Below are positions 1 through 15,000 of a stretch of 64,000 nucleotides of DNA, piece after piece. Position numbers and translations under genes: made by a program. Origin of the DNA: Eledone cirrhosa. Its lineage: Eukaryota. Every line of letters starts with the position of its first letter. The stretch's first letter is position 1. The DNA is taken from the NCBI GenBank assembly GCA_964016885.1, contig OZ024741.1, forward strand, positions 29,512,001-29,576,000. The letters run 5' to 3'. A model generated the notes under the pieces. That model made no database searches. It was not told the DNA's origin and saw only the letters and a program-made list of their open reading frames with translations.

Positions 1-3000
1 ACTATAGATTTGTATTGTGTAGGTGACATCAGTACTATAGATTGGTAATGTGTAGGTGACACCAGTACTATAGATTGGTATTGTGTAGGTGACATCAGTA
101 CTATAGATTAGTATTGTGTAGGTGACACCAGTACTATAGATTAGTATTGTGTAGGTGACACCAGTACTATAGATTAGTATTGTGTAGGTGACACCAGTAC
201 TAAAGAGTAGTATTGTGTAGGTGACACCAGCACTATAGATTGGTATTGTGTAGGTGACACCAGTACTCTAGATTGGTATTGTGTAGGTGACACCAGTACT
301 AAAGATTGGTATTGTATAGGTGACATCAGTACAATAGATTGGTATTGTATAGGTGACACCAGTACTATAGATTGGTATTGTGTAGGTGACATCAATACAA
401 TAGATTGGTATTGTATAGGTGACACCAGTACAATAGATTGGTATTGTGTAGGTGACACCAGTACTATAGATTGGTATTGCGTAGGTGAGACCAGTACTAT
501 AATTTGGCATTGTGTAGGTGACATCAGTACTATAGATTGGTATTGTGTAGATGACATCAGTACTATAGATTGGTATTGTGTAGGTGACACCAGTACTATA
601 GATTAGTATTGTGTAGGTGACACCAGTACTATAGATTGTTATTGTGTAGGTGACACCAGTACTATAGATTGGTATTGTGTAGGTGACATCAGTACTATAG
701 ATTAGTATTGTGTAGGTGACACCATTACTATAGATTAGTATTGTGTAGGTGACACCAGTACTATAGATTGGTATTGTGTAGGTGACATCAGTATTATAGA
801 TTTGTATTGTGTAGGTGACACCAGTACTATAGATTGGTATTGTGTAGGTGACATCAGTACTATAGATTGGTATTGTATAGGTGACACCAGTACTATAGAT
901 TGGTATTGTGTAGGTGACATCAGTACTATAGATTAGTATTGTATAGGTGACACCAGTAATATAGATTGGTATTGTGTAGGTGACACCAGTACTAAAGATT
1001 TGTATTGTGTAGGTGACATCAGTACTATAGATTGGTATTGTGTAGGTGACACCAGTACTATAGATTGGTATTGTGTAGATGACATCAGTACTATAGATTG
1101 GTATTGTATAGGTGACACCAGTACTATAGATTGGTATTGTGTAGGTGACACCAGTACTATAGATTAGTATTGTGTAGGTGACACCAGTACTATAGATTTG
1201 TATTGTGTAGGTGACATCAGTACTATAGATTGGTATTGTGTAGGTGACATCAGTAATATAGATTAGTATTGTGTAGGTGACACCAGTACTATAGATTGGT
1301 ATTGTGTAGGTGACATCAGTACTATAGATTGGTATTGTGTAGGTGACATCAGTACTATAGATTTGTATCGTGTAGGTGACATCAGTACTATAGATTGGTA
1401 TTGTGTAGGTGACATCAATATTATAGATTTGTATTGTGTAGGTGACACCAGTACTATAGATTGGTATTGTGTAGGTGACACCAGTACTATAGATTGGTAT
1501 TGTGTAGGTGACACCAGTACTATAGATTGGTATTGCGTAGGTGACATCAATACTATAGATTAGTATTCTGTAGGTGACATCAGTACTATAGATTAGTATT
1601 GTGTAGGTGACACCAGTACTATAGATTGGTATTGTGTAGGTGACACCAGTACTATAGATTAGTATCGTGTAGGTGACACCAGTACTATAGATTGGTATTG
1701 TGTAGGTGACACCAGTACTATAGATTAGTATTGTGTAGGTGACATCAGTTCTATAGATTAGTATTGTGTAGGTGACACCAGTACTATAGATTAGTATTGT
1801 GTAGGTGACACCAGTACTATAGATTAGTATTGTGTAGGTGACACCAGTACTATAGATTGGTATTGTGTAGTTGACACCAGTACTAAAGATTGGTATCGTG
1901 TAGGTGACATCAGTACTATAGACTGGTATTGTATAGGTGACACCAGTACTATTGATTGGTATTGTGTAGGTGACACCAGTACTAAAGATTTGTATTGTGT
2001 AGGTGACATCAGTACTACAGATTGGTATTGTGTAGGTGACACCAGTACTATAGATTGGTATTGTGTAGGTGACACCAATACTATAGATTGGTATTGTGTA
2101 GGTGACACCAGTACTATAGATTGGTATTCTGTAGGTGACACCAGTACAATAGATTAGTATTGTGTAGGTGACACCAGTACTATACATTGGTATTGTGTAG
2201 GTGACACCAGTACTATAGATTGGTATTGTGTAGGTGACATCTGTACTATAGATTGGTATTGTATAGGTGACACCAGTACTATAGATTGGTATTGTGTAGG
2301 TGACACCAGTACTATAGATTAGTATTGTGTAGGTGACACCAGTATTATAGATTTGTATTGTGTAGGTGACATCAGTACTATAGATTGGTATTGTGTAGGT
2401 GACATCAGTACTATAGATTAGTATTGTGTAGGTGACATCAGTACTATAAATTGGTATTGTGTAGGTGACATTAGTACTATAGATTTGTATTGTGTAGGTG
2501 ACATCAGTACTATAGATTGGTATTGTGTAGGTGACACCAGTACTATAGATTAGTATTGTGTAGGTGACACCAGTACTATAGATTGGTATTGTGTAGGTGA
2601 CATCAGTACTATAGATTAGTATTGTGTAGGTGACACCATTACTATAGATTAGTATTGCGTAGGTGACATCAGTACTATAGATTGGTATTGTGCAGGTGAC
2701 ATCAGTACTATAGATTAGTATTGTGTAGGTGCCACCAGTACTATAGATTAGTATTGTGTAGGTGACATCAGTACTATAGATTGGTATTGTGTAGGTCACA
2801 CCAGTACTATAGATTAGTATTGTGTAGGTGACACCAGTACTATAGATTGGTATTGTGTAGGTGACATCAGTACTATAGATTAGTATTGTGTAGGTGACAC
2901 CAGTACAATAGATTGGTATTGTGTAGGTGACATCAGTACTATAGATTGGTATTGTCTAGTTGACACCAGTACTATAGATTAGTATTGTGTAGGTGACACC

Positions 3001-6000
3001 ATTACTATAGATTAGTATTGTGTAGGTGACACCAGTACTATAGATTGGTATTGTGTAGGTGACATCAGTATTATAGATTTGTATTGTGTAGGTGACACCA
3101 GTACTATAGATTGGTATTGTGTAGGTGACATCAGTACTATAGATTGGTATTGTATAGGTGACACCAGTACTATAGATTGGTATTGTGTAGGTGACATCAG
3201 TACTATAGATTAGTATTGTATAGGTGACACCAGTACTATAGATTGGTATTGTGTAGGTGACACCAGTACTAAAGATTTGTATTGTGTAGGTGACATCAGT
3301 ACTATAGATTGGTATTGTGTAGGTGACACCAGTACTATAGATTGGTATTGTGTAGATGACATCAGTACTATAGATTGGTATTGTATAGGTGACACCAGTA
3401 CTATAGATTGGTATTGTGTAGGTGACACCAGTACTATAGATTAGTATTGTGTAGGTGACACCAGTACTATAGATTTGTATTGTGTAGGTGACATCAGTAC
3501 TATAGATTGGTATTGTGTAGGTGACATCAGTAATATAGATTAGTATTGTGTAGGTGACACCAGTACTATAGATTGGTATTGTGTAGGTGACATCAGTACT
3601 ATAGATTGGTATTGTGTAGGTGACATCAGTACTATAGATTTGTATCGTGTAGGTGACATCAGTACTATAGATTGGTATTGTGTAGGTGACATCAATATTA
3701 TAGATTTGTATTGTGTAGGTGACACCAGTACTATAGATTGGTATTGTGTAGGTGACACCAGTACTATAGATTGGTATTGTGTAGGTGACACCAGTACTAT
3801 AGATTGGTATTGCGTAGGTGACATCAATACTATAGATTAGTATTCTGTAGGTGACATCAGTACTATAGATTAGTATTGTGTAGGTGACACCAGTACTATA
3901 GATTGGTATTGTGTAGGTGACACCAGTACTATAGATTAGTATCGTGTAGGTGACACCAGTACTATAGATTGGTATTGTGTAGGTGACACCAGTACTATAG
4001 ATTAGTATTGTGTAGGTGACATCAGTTCTATAGATTAGTATTGTGTAGGTGACACCAGTACTATAGATTAGTATTGTGTAGGTGACACCAGTACTATAGA
4101 TTAGTATTGTGTAGGTGACACCAGTACTATAGATTGGTATTGTGTAGTTGACACCAGTACTAAAGATTGGTATCGTGTAGGTGACATCAGTACTATAGAC
4201 TGGTATTGTATAGGTGACACCAGTACTATTGATTGGTATTGTGTAGGTGACACCAGTACTAAAGATTTGTATTGTGTAGGTGACATCAGTACTACAGATT
4301 GGTATTGTGTAGGTGACACCAGTACTATAGATTGGTATTGTGTAGGTGACACCAATACTATAGATTGGTATTGTGTAGGTGACACCAGTACTATAGATTG
4401 GTATTCTGTAGGTGACACCAGTACAATAGATTAGTATTGTGTAGGTGACACCAGTACTATACATTGGTATTGTGTAGGTGACACCAGTACTATAGATTGG
4501 TATTGTGTAGGTGACATCTGTACTATAGATTGGTATTGTATAGGTGACACCAGTACTATAGATTGGTATTGTGTAGGTGACACCAGTACTATAGATTAGT
4601 ATTGTGTAGGTGACACCAGTATTATAGATTTGTATTGTGTAGGTGACATCAGTACTATAGATTGGTATTGTGTAGGTGACATCAGTACTATAGATTAGTA
4701 TTGTGTAGGTGACATCAGTACTATAAATTGGTATTGTGTAGGTGACATTAGTACTATAGATTTGTATTGTGTAGGTGACATCAGTACTATAGATTGGTAT
4801 TGTGTAGGTGACACCAGTACTATAGATTAGTATTGTGTAGGTGACACCAGTACTATAGATTGGTATTGTGTAGGTGACATCAGTACTATAGATTAGTATT
4901 GTGTAGGTGACACCATTACTATAGATTAGTATTGCGTAGGTGACATCAGTACTATAGATTGGTATTGTGCAGGTGACATCAGTACTATAGATTAGTATTG
5001 TGTAGGTGCCACCAGTACTATAGATTAGTATTGTGTAGGTGACATCAGTACTATAGATTGGTATTGTGTAGGTCACACCAGTACTATAGATTAGTATTGT
5101 GTAGGTGACACCAGTACTATAGATTGGTATTGTGTAGGTGACATCAGTACTATAGATTAGTATTGTGTAGGTGACACCAGTACAATAGATTGGTATTGTG
5201 TAGGTGACATCAGTACTATAGATTGGTATTGTCTAGTTGACACCAGTACTATAGATTAGTATTGTGTAGGTGACATTAGTACTATAGATTGGTATTGTAT
5301 AGGTGACACCAGTACTATAGATTGGTATTGTGTAGGTGACACCAGTACTATAGATTGGTATTGTGTAGGTGACACCAGTACTATAGATTGGTATTGTGTA
5401 GGTGACATCAGTACTATAGATTGGTATTGTGTAGGTGACACCAGTACTATAGATTAGTATTGTGTAGGTGACATCAGTACTATAGATTGTTATTGTATAG
5501 GTGACACCAGTACTATAGATTGGTATTGTTTAGGTGACACCATTACTATAGATTGGTATTGTGTAGGTGACATCAGTACTATAGATTTGTATTGTGTAGG
5601 TGACATCAGTACTATAGATTGGTAATGTGTAGGTGACACCAGTACTATAGATTGGTATTGTGTAGGTGACATCAGTACTATAGATTGGTATTGTGTAGAT
5701 GACACCAGTACTATAGATTAGTATTGTGTAGGTGACACCAGTACTATAGATTGGTATTGTGTAGGTGACATCAGTACTATAGATTGGTATTGTGTAGGTG
5801 ACACCAGTACTATAGATTAGTATTGTGTAGGTGACATCAGTACTATAGAATGGTATTGTATAGGTGACACCAGTACTATAGATTGGTATCGTGTAAGTGA
5901 CATGAGTACTATAGATTGGTATTTTGTAGGTGACACCAGTACTATAGATTGGTATTGTGTAGGTGACACCAGTACTATAGATTGGTATTGTGTAGGTGAC

Positions 6001-9000
6001 ATCAGTACTATAGATTAGTATTGTGTAGGTGACACCAGTACTATAGATTGGTATTGTGTAGATGACACCAGTACTATAGATTGGTATTGTGTAGGTGACA
6101 TCAGTACTATAGATTGGTATTGTGTAGGTGACACCAGTACTATAGATTGGTATTGTGTAGGTGACATCAGTACTATAGATTGGTATTGTGTAGGTGACAC
6201 CAGTACTATAGATTGGTATTGTGTAGGTGACATCAGTACTATAGATTAGTATTGTGTAGGTGACACCAGTACTATAGATTGGTATTGTGTAGATGACACC
6301 AGTACTATAGATTGGTATTGTGTAGGTGACATCAGTACTATAGATTGGTATTGTGTAGGTGACACCAGTACTATAGATTGGTATTGTGTAGGTGAGACCA
6401 GTACTATTGATTGGTATTGTGTAGGTGACATCAGTACTATAAATTGGTATTGTGTATGTGACATCAGTACTATAGATATGTATTGTGTAGGTGACATCAG
6501 TACTATAGATTGGTATTGTGTAGGTGACACCAGTACTATAGATTAGTATTGTGTAGGTGACACCAGTACTATAGATTGGTATTGTGTAGGTGACATCAGT
6601 ACTATCGATTAGTATTGTGTAGGTGACACCATTACTATAGATTAGTATTGTGTAGGTGACATCAGTACTATAGATTGGTATTGTGTAGGTCACACCAGTA
6701 CTATAGATTAGTATTGTGTAGGTGACACCAGTACTATAGATTGGTATTGTGTAGGTGACACCAGTACTATAGATTGGTATTGTGTAGGTGACACCAGTAC
6801 TATAGATTGGTATTGTGTAGGTGACATCAGTACTATAGATTAGTATTGTGTAGGTGACACCAGTACTATAGATTAGTATTGTGTAGGTGACATCAGTACT
6901 ATAGATAGGTATTGTGTGGGTGACACCAGTACTATAGATTGGTATTGTGTAGGTGACACCAGTACTATAGATTGTTATTGTGTAGGTGACACCAGTACTA
7001 TAGATTAGTATTGTGTAGGTGACACCAGTACTAAAGATTGGTATTGTGTAGGTGACATCAGTACTATAGATTGGTATTGTGTAGGTGACATCAGTACTAT
7101 AGATTGGTATTGTGTAGGTGACATCAGTACTATAGATTGGTATTGTGTAGGTGACATCAGTACTATAGATTAGTATTGTGTAGGTGACACCAGTACAATA
7201 GATTGGTATTGTGTAGGTGACATCAGTACTATAGATTGGTATTGTCTAGGTGACACCAGTACTATAGATTAGTATTGTGTAGGTGACATCAGTACTATAG
7301 ATTGGTATTGTATAGGTAACACCAGTACTATAGATTGGTATTGTGTAGGTGACACCAGTCCTATAGATTGGTATTGTGTAGGTGACACCAGTACTATAGA
7401 TTGGTATTGTGTAGGTGACATCAGTACTATAGATTGGTATTGTTTAGTTGACACCAGTACTATAGATTAGTATTGTGTAGGTGACATCAGTACTATAGAT
7501 TGTTATTGTATAGGTGACACCAGTACTATAGATTGGTATTGTGTAGGTGACACCAGTACTATAGATTGGTATTGTGTAGGTGACATCAGTACTATAGATT
7601 TGTATTGTGTAGGTGACATCAGTACTATAGATTGGTAATGTGTAGGTGATACCAGTACTATAGATTGGTATTGTGTAGGTGACATCAGTACTATAGATTG
7701 GTATTTTGTAGATGACACCAGTACTATAGATTGGTATTGTGTAGGTGACACCAGTACTATAGATTGGTATTGTGTAGGTGACATCAGTACTATAGATTAG
7801 TATTGTGTAGGTGACACCAGTACTATAGATTGGTATTGTGTAGGTGACACCAGTACTATAGATTAGTATTGTGTAGGTGACACCAGTACTATAGATTAGT
7901 ATTGTGTAGGTGACACCAGTACTATAGATTAGTATTGTGTAGGTGACACCAGTACTAAAGAGTAGTATTGTGTAGGTGACACCAGCACTATAGATTGGTA
8001 TTGTGTAGGTGACACCAGTACTCTAGATTGGTATTGTGTAGGTGACACCAGTACTAAAGATTGGTATTGTATAGGTGACATCAGTACAATAGATTGGTAT
8101 TGTATAGGTGACACCAGTACTTTAGATTGGTATTGTGTAGGTGACATCAATACTATAGATTGGTATTGTATAGGTGACACCAGTACTATAGATTGGTATT
8201 GTGTAGGTGACACCAGTACTATAGATTGGTATTGCGTAGGTGAGACCAGTACTATAATTTGGCATTGTGTAGGTGACATCAGTACTATAGATTGGTATTG
8301 TGTAGATGACATCAGTACTATAGTTTGGTATTGTGTAGGTGACACCAGTACTATAGATTAGTATTGTGTAGGTGACACCAGTACTATAGATTGATATTGT
8401 GTAGGTGACACCAGTACTATAGATTGGTATTGTGTAGGTGACATCAGTACTATAGATTAGTATTGTGTAGGTGACACCATTACTATAGATTAGTATTGTG
8501 TAGGTGACACCAGTACTATAGATTGGTATTGTGTAGGTGACATCAGTATTATAGATTTGTATTGTGTAGGTGACACCAGTACTATAGATTGGTATTGTGT
8601 AGATGACATCAGTACTATAGATTGGTATTGTATAGGTGACACCAGTACTATAGATTGGTATTGTGTAGGTGACACCAGTACTATAGATTAGTATTGTGTA
8701 GGTGACACCAGTACTATAGATTTGTATTGTGTAGGTGACATCAGTACTATAGATTGGTATTGTGTAGGTGACATCAGTAATATAGATTAGTATTGTGTAG
8801 GTGACACCAGTACTATAGATTGGTATTGTGTAGGTGACATCAGTACTATAGATTGGTATTGTGTAGGTGACATCAGTACTATAGATTTGTATCGTGTAGG
8901 TGACATCAGTACTATAGATTGGTATTGTGTAGGTGACATCAATATTATAGATTTGTATTGTGTAGGTGACACCAGTACTATAGATTGGTATTGTGTAGGT

Positions 9001-12000
9001 GACACCAGTACTATAGATTGGTATTGTGTAGGTGACACCAGTACTATAGATTGGTATTGCGTAGGTGACATCAATACTATAGATTAGTATTCTGTAGGTG
9101 ACATCAGTACTATAGATTAGTATTGTGTAGGTGACACCAGTACTATAGATTGGTATTGTGTAGGTGACACCAGTACTATAGATTAGTATCGTGTAGGTGA
9201 CACCAGTACTATAGATTGGTATTGTGTAGGTGACACCAGTACTATAGATTAGTATTGTGTAGGTGACATCAGTTCTATAGATTAGTATTGTGTAGGTGAC
9301 ACCAGTACTATAGATTAGTATTGTGTAGGTGACACCAGTACTATAGATTAGTATTGTGTAGGTGACACCAGTACTATAGATTGGTATTGTGTAGTTGACA
9401 CCAGTACTAAAGATTGGTATTGTGTAGGTGACATCAGTACTATAGATTGGTATTGTGTAGGTGACATCAGTACTATAGATTTGTATCGTGTAGGTGACAT
9501 CAGTACTATAGATTGGTATTGTGTAGGTGACACCAATACTATAGATTGGTATTGTGTAGGTGACACCAGTACTATAGATTGGTATTCTGTAGGTGACACC
9601 AGTACAATAGATTAGTATTGTGTAGGTGACACCAGTACTATAGATTGGTATTGTGTAGGTGACACCAGTACTATAGATTGGTATTGTGTAGGTGACATCT
9701 GTACTATAGATTGGTATTGTATAGGTGACACCAGTACTATAGATTGGTATTGTGTAGGTGACACCAGTACTATAGATTAGTATTGTGTAGGTGACACCAG
9801 TACTATAGATTTGTATTGTGTAGGTGACATCAGTACTATAGATTGGTATTGTGTAGGTGACATCAGTACTATAGATTGGTATTGTGTAGGTGACATCAGT
9901 ACTATAGATTTGTATCGTGTAGGTGACATCAGTACTATAGATTGGTATTGTATAGGTGACACCCGTACTATAGATTGGTAGTGTGTAGGTGACACCAGTA
10001 CTATAGATTGGTATTGCGTAGGTGAGACCAGTACTATTGATTGGTATTGTGTAGGTGACATCAGTACTATAAATTGGTATTGTGTATGTGACATCAGTAC
10101 TATAGATATGTATTGTGTAGGTGACATCAGTACTATAGATTGGTATTGTGTAGGTGACACCAGTACTATAGATTAGTATTGTGTAGGTGACACCAGTACT
10201 ATAGATTGGTATTGTGTAGGTGACATCAGTACTATCGATTAGTATTGTGTAGGTGACACCATTACTATAGATTAGTATTGTGTAGGTGACATCAGTACTA
10301 TAGATTGGTATTGTGTAGGTCACACCAGTACTATAGATTAGTATTGTGTAGGTGACACCAGTACTATAGATTGGTATTGTGTAGGTGACACCAGTACTAT
10401 AGATTGGTATTGTGTAGGTGACACCAGTACTATAGATTGGTATTGTGTAGGTGACATCAGTACTATAGATTAGTATTGTGTAGGTGACACCAGTACTATA
10501 GATTAGTATTGTGTAGGTGACATTAGTACTATAGATAGGTATTGTGTGGGTGACACCAGTACTATAGATTGGTATTGTGTAGGTGACACCAGTACTATAG
10601 ATTGTTATTGTGTAGGTGACACCAGTACTATAGATTAGTATTGTGTAGGTGACACCAGTACTAAAGATTGGTATTGTGTAGGTGACATCAGTACTATAGA
10701 TTGGTATTGTGTAGGTGACATCAGTACTATAGATTGGTATTGTGTAGGTGACATCAGTACTATAGATTGGTATTGTGTAGGTGACATCAGTACTATAGAT
10801 TAGTATTGTGTAGGTGACACCAGTACAATAGATTGGTATTGTGTAGGTGACATCAGTACTATAGATTGGTATTGTCTAGGTGACACCAGTACTATAGATT
10901 AGTATTGTGTAGGTGACATCAGTACTATAGATTGGTATTGTATAGGTAACACCAGTACTATAGATTGGTATTGTGTAGGTGACACCAGTCCTATAGATTG
11001 GTATTGTGTAGGTGACACCAGTACTATAGATTGGTATTGTGTAGGTGACATCAGTACTATAGATTGGTATTGTTTAGTTGACACCAGTACTATAGATTAG
11101 TATTGTGTAGGTGACATCAGTACTATAGATTGTTATTGTATAGGTGACACCAGTACTATAGATTGGTATTGTGTAGGTGACACCAGTACTATAGATTGGT
11201 ATTGTGTAGGTGACATCAGTACTATAGATTTGTATTGTGTAGGTGACATCAGTACTATAGATTGGTAATGTGTAGGTGATACCAGTACTATAGATTGGTA
11301 TTGTGTAGGTGACATCAGTACTATAGATTGGTATTTTGTAGATGACACCAGTACTATAGATTGGTATTGTGTAGGTGACACCAGTACTATAGATTGGTAT
11401 TGTGTAGGTGACATCAGTACTATAGATTAGTATTGTGTAGGTGACACCAGTACTATAGATTGGTATTGTGTAGGTGACACCAGTACTATAGATTAGTATT
11501 GTGTAGGTGACACCAGTACTATAGATTAGTATTGTGTAGGTGACACCAGTACTATAGATTAGTATTGTGTAGGTGACACCAGTACTAAAGAGTAGTATTG
11601 TGTAGGTGACACCAGCACTATAGATTGGTATTGTGTAGGTGACACCAGTACTCTAGATTGGTATTGTGTAGGTGACACCAGTACTAAAGATTGGTATTGT
11701 ATAGGTGACATCAGTACAATAGATTGGTATTGTATAGGTGACACCAGTACTTTAGATTGGTATTGTGTAGGTGACATCAATACTATAGATTGGTATTGTA
11801 TAGGTGACACCAGTACTATAGATTGGTATTGTGTAGGTGACACCAGTACTATAGATTGGTATTGCGTAGGTGAGACCAGTACTATAATTTGGCATTGTGT
11901 AGGTGACATCAGTACTATAGATTGGTATTGTGTAGATGACATCAGTACTATAGTTTGGTATTGTGTAGGTGACACCAGTACTATAGATTAGTATTGTGTA

Positions 12001-15000
12001 GGTGACACCAGTACTATAGATTGATATTGTGTAGGTGACACCAGTACTATAGATTGGTATTGTGTAGGTGACATCAGTACTATAGATTAGTATTGTGTAG
12101 GTGACACCATTACTATAGATTAGTATTGTGTAGGTGACACCAGTACTATAGATTGGTATTGTGTAGGTGACATCAGTATTATAGATTTGTATTGTGTAGG
12201 TGACACCAGTACTATAGATTGGTATTGTGTAGATGACATCAGTACTATAGATTGGTATTGTATAGGTGACACCAGTACTATAGATTGGTATTGTGTAGGT
12301 GACACCAGTACTATAGATTAGTATTGTGTAGGTGACACCAGTACTATAGATTTGTATTGTGTAGGTGACATCAGTACTATAGATTGGTATTGTGTAGGTG
12401 ACATCAGTAATATAGATTAGTATTGTGTAGGTGACACCAGTACTATAGATTGGTATTGTGTAGGTGACATCAGTACTATAGATTGGTATTGTGTAGGTGA
12501 CATCAGTACTATAGATTTGTATCGTGTAGGTGACATCAGTACTATAGATTGGTATTGTGTAGGTGACATCAATATTATAGATTTGTATTGTGTAGGTGAC
12601 ACCAGTACTATAGATTGGTATTGTGTAGGTGACACCAGTACTATAGATTGGTATTGTGTAGGTGACACCAGTACTATAGATTGGTATTGCGTAGGTGACA
12701 TCAATACTATAGATTAGTATTCTGTAGGTGACATCAGTACTATAGATTAGTATTGTGTAGGTGACACCAGTACTATAGATTGGTATTGTGTAGGTGACAC
12801 CAGTACTATAGATTAGTATCGTGTAGGTGACACCAGTACTATAGATTGGTATTGTGTAGGTGACACCAGTACTATAGATTTGTATTGTGTAGGTGACATC
12901 AGTTCTATAGATTAGTATTGTGTAGGTGACACCAGTACTATAGATTAGTATTGTGTAGGTGACACCAGTACTATAGATTAGTATTGTGTAGGTGACACCA
13001 GTACTATAGATTGGTATTGTGTAGTTGACACCAGTACTAAAGATTGGTATTGTGTAGGTGACATCAGTACTATAGATTGGTATTGTATAGGTGACACCAG
13101 TACTATAGATTGGTATTGTGTAGGTGACATCAGTACTATAGATTGGTATTGTATAGGTGACACCAGTACTATTGATTGGTATTGTGTAGGTGACACCAGT
13201 ACTAAAGATTTGTATTGTGTAGGTGACATCAGTACTACAGATTGGTATTGTGTAGGTGACACCAGTACTATAGATTGGTATTGTGTAGGTGACACCAATA
13301 CTATAGATTGGTATTGTGTAGGTGACACCAGTACTATAGATTGGTATTCTGTAGGTGACACCAGTACAATAGATTAGTATTGTGTAGGTGACACCAGTAC
13401 TATACATTGGTATTGTGTAGGTGACACCAGTACTATAGATTAGTATTGTGTAGGTGACATCAGTACTATAGATTGGTATTGTATAGGTAACACCAGTACT
13501 ATAGATTGGTATTGTGTAGGTGACACCAGTCCTATAGATTGGTATTGTGTAGGTGACACCAGTACTATAGATTGGTATTGTGTAGGTGACATCAGTACTA
13601 TAGATTGGTATTGTTTAGTTGACACCAGTACTATAGATTAGTATTGTGTAGGTGACATCAGTACTATAGATTGTTATTGTATAGGTGACACCAGTACTAT
13701 AGATTGGTATTGTGTAGGTGACACCAGTACTATAGATTGGTATTGTGTAGGTGACATCAGTACTATAGATTTGTATTGTGTAGGTGACATCAGTACTATA
13801 GATTGGTAATGTGTAGGTGACACCAGTACTATAGATTGGTATTGTGTAGGTGACATCAGTACTATAGATTAGTATTGTGTAGGTGACACCAGTACTATAG
13901 ATTAGTATTGTGTAGGTGACACCAGTACTATAGATTAGTATTGTGTAGGTGACACCAGTACTAAAGAGTAGTATTGTGTAGGTGACACCAGCACTATAGA
14001 TTGGTATTGTGTAGGTGACACCAGTACTCTAGATTGGTATTGTGTAGGTGACACCAGTACTAAAGATTGGTATTGTATAGGTGACATCAGTACAATAGAT
14101 TGGTATTGTATAGGTGACACCAGTACTATAGATTGGTATTGTGTAGGTGACATCAATACAATAGATTGGTATTGTATAGGTGACACCAGTACAATAGATT
14201 GGTATTGTGTAGGTGACACCAGTACTATAGATTGGTATTGCGTAGGTGAGACCAGTACTATAATTTGGCATTGTGTAGGTGACATCAGTACTATAGATTG
14301 GTATTGTGTAGATGACATCAGTACTATAGATTGGTATTGTGTAGGTGACACCAGTACTATAGATTAGTATTGTGTAGGTGACACCAGTACTATAGATTGT
14401 TATTGTGTAGGTGACACCAGTACTATAGATTGGTATTGTGTAGGTGACATCAGTACTATAGATTAGTATTGTGTAGGTGACACCATTACTATAGATTAGT
14501 ATTGTGTAGGTGACACCAGTACTATAGATTGGTATTGTGTAGGTGACATCAGTATTATAGATTTGTATTGTGTAGGTGACACCAGTACTATAGATTGGTA
14601 TTGTGTAGGTGACATCAGTACTATAGATTGGTATTGTATAGGTGACACCAGTACTATAGATTGGTATTGTGTAGGTGACATCAGTACTATAGATTAGTAT
14701 TGTATAGGTGACACCAGTAATATAGATTGGTATTGTGTAGGTGACACCAGTACTAAAGATTTGTATTGTGTAGGTGACATCAGTACTATAGATTGGTATT
14801 GTGTAGGTGACACCAGTACTATAGATTGGTATTGTGTAGATGACATCAGTACTATAGATTGGTATTGTATAGGTGACACCAGTACTATAGATTGGTATTG
14901 TGTAGGTGACACCAGTACTATAGATTAGTATTGTGTAGGTGACACCAGTACTATAGATTTGTATTGTGTAGGTGACATCAGTACTATAGATTGGTATTGT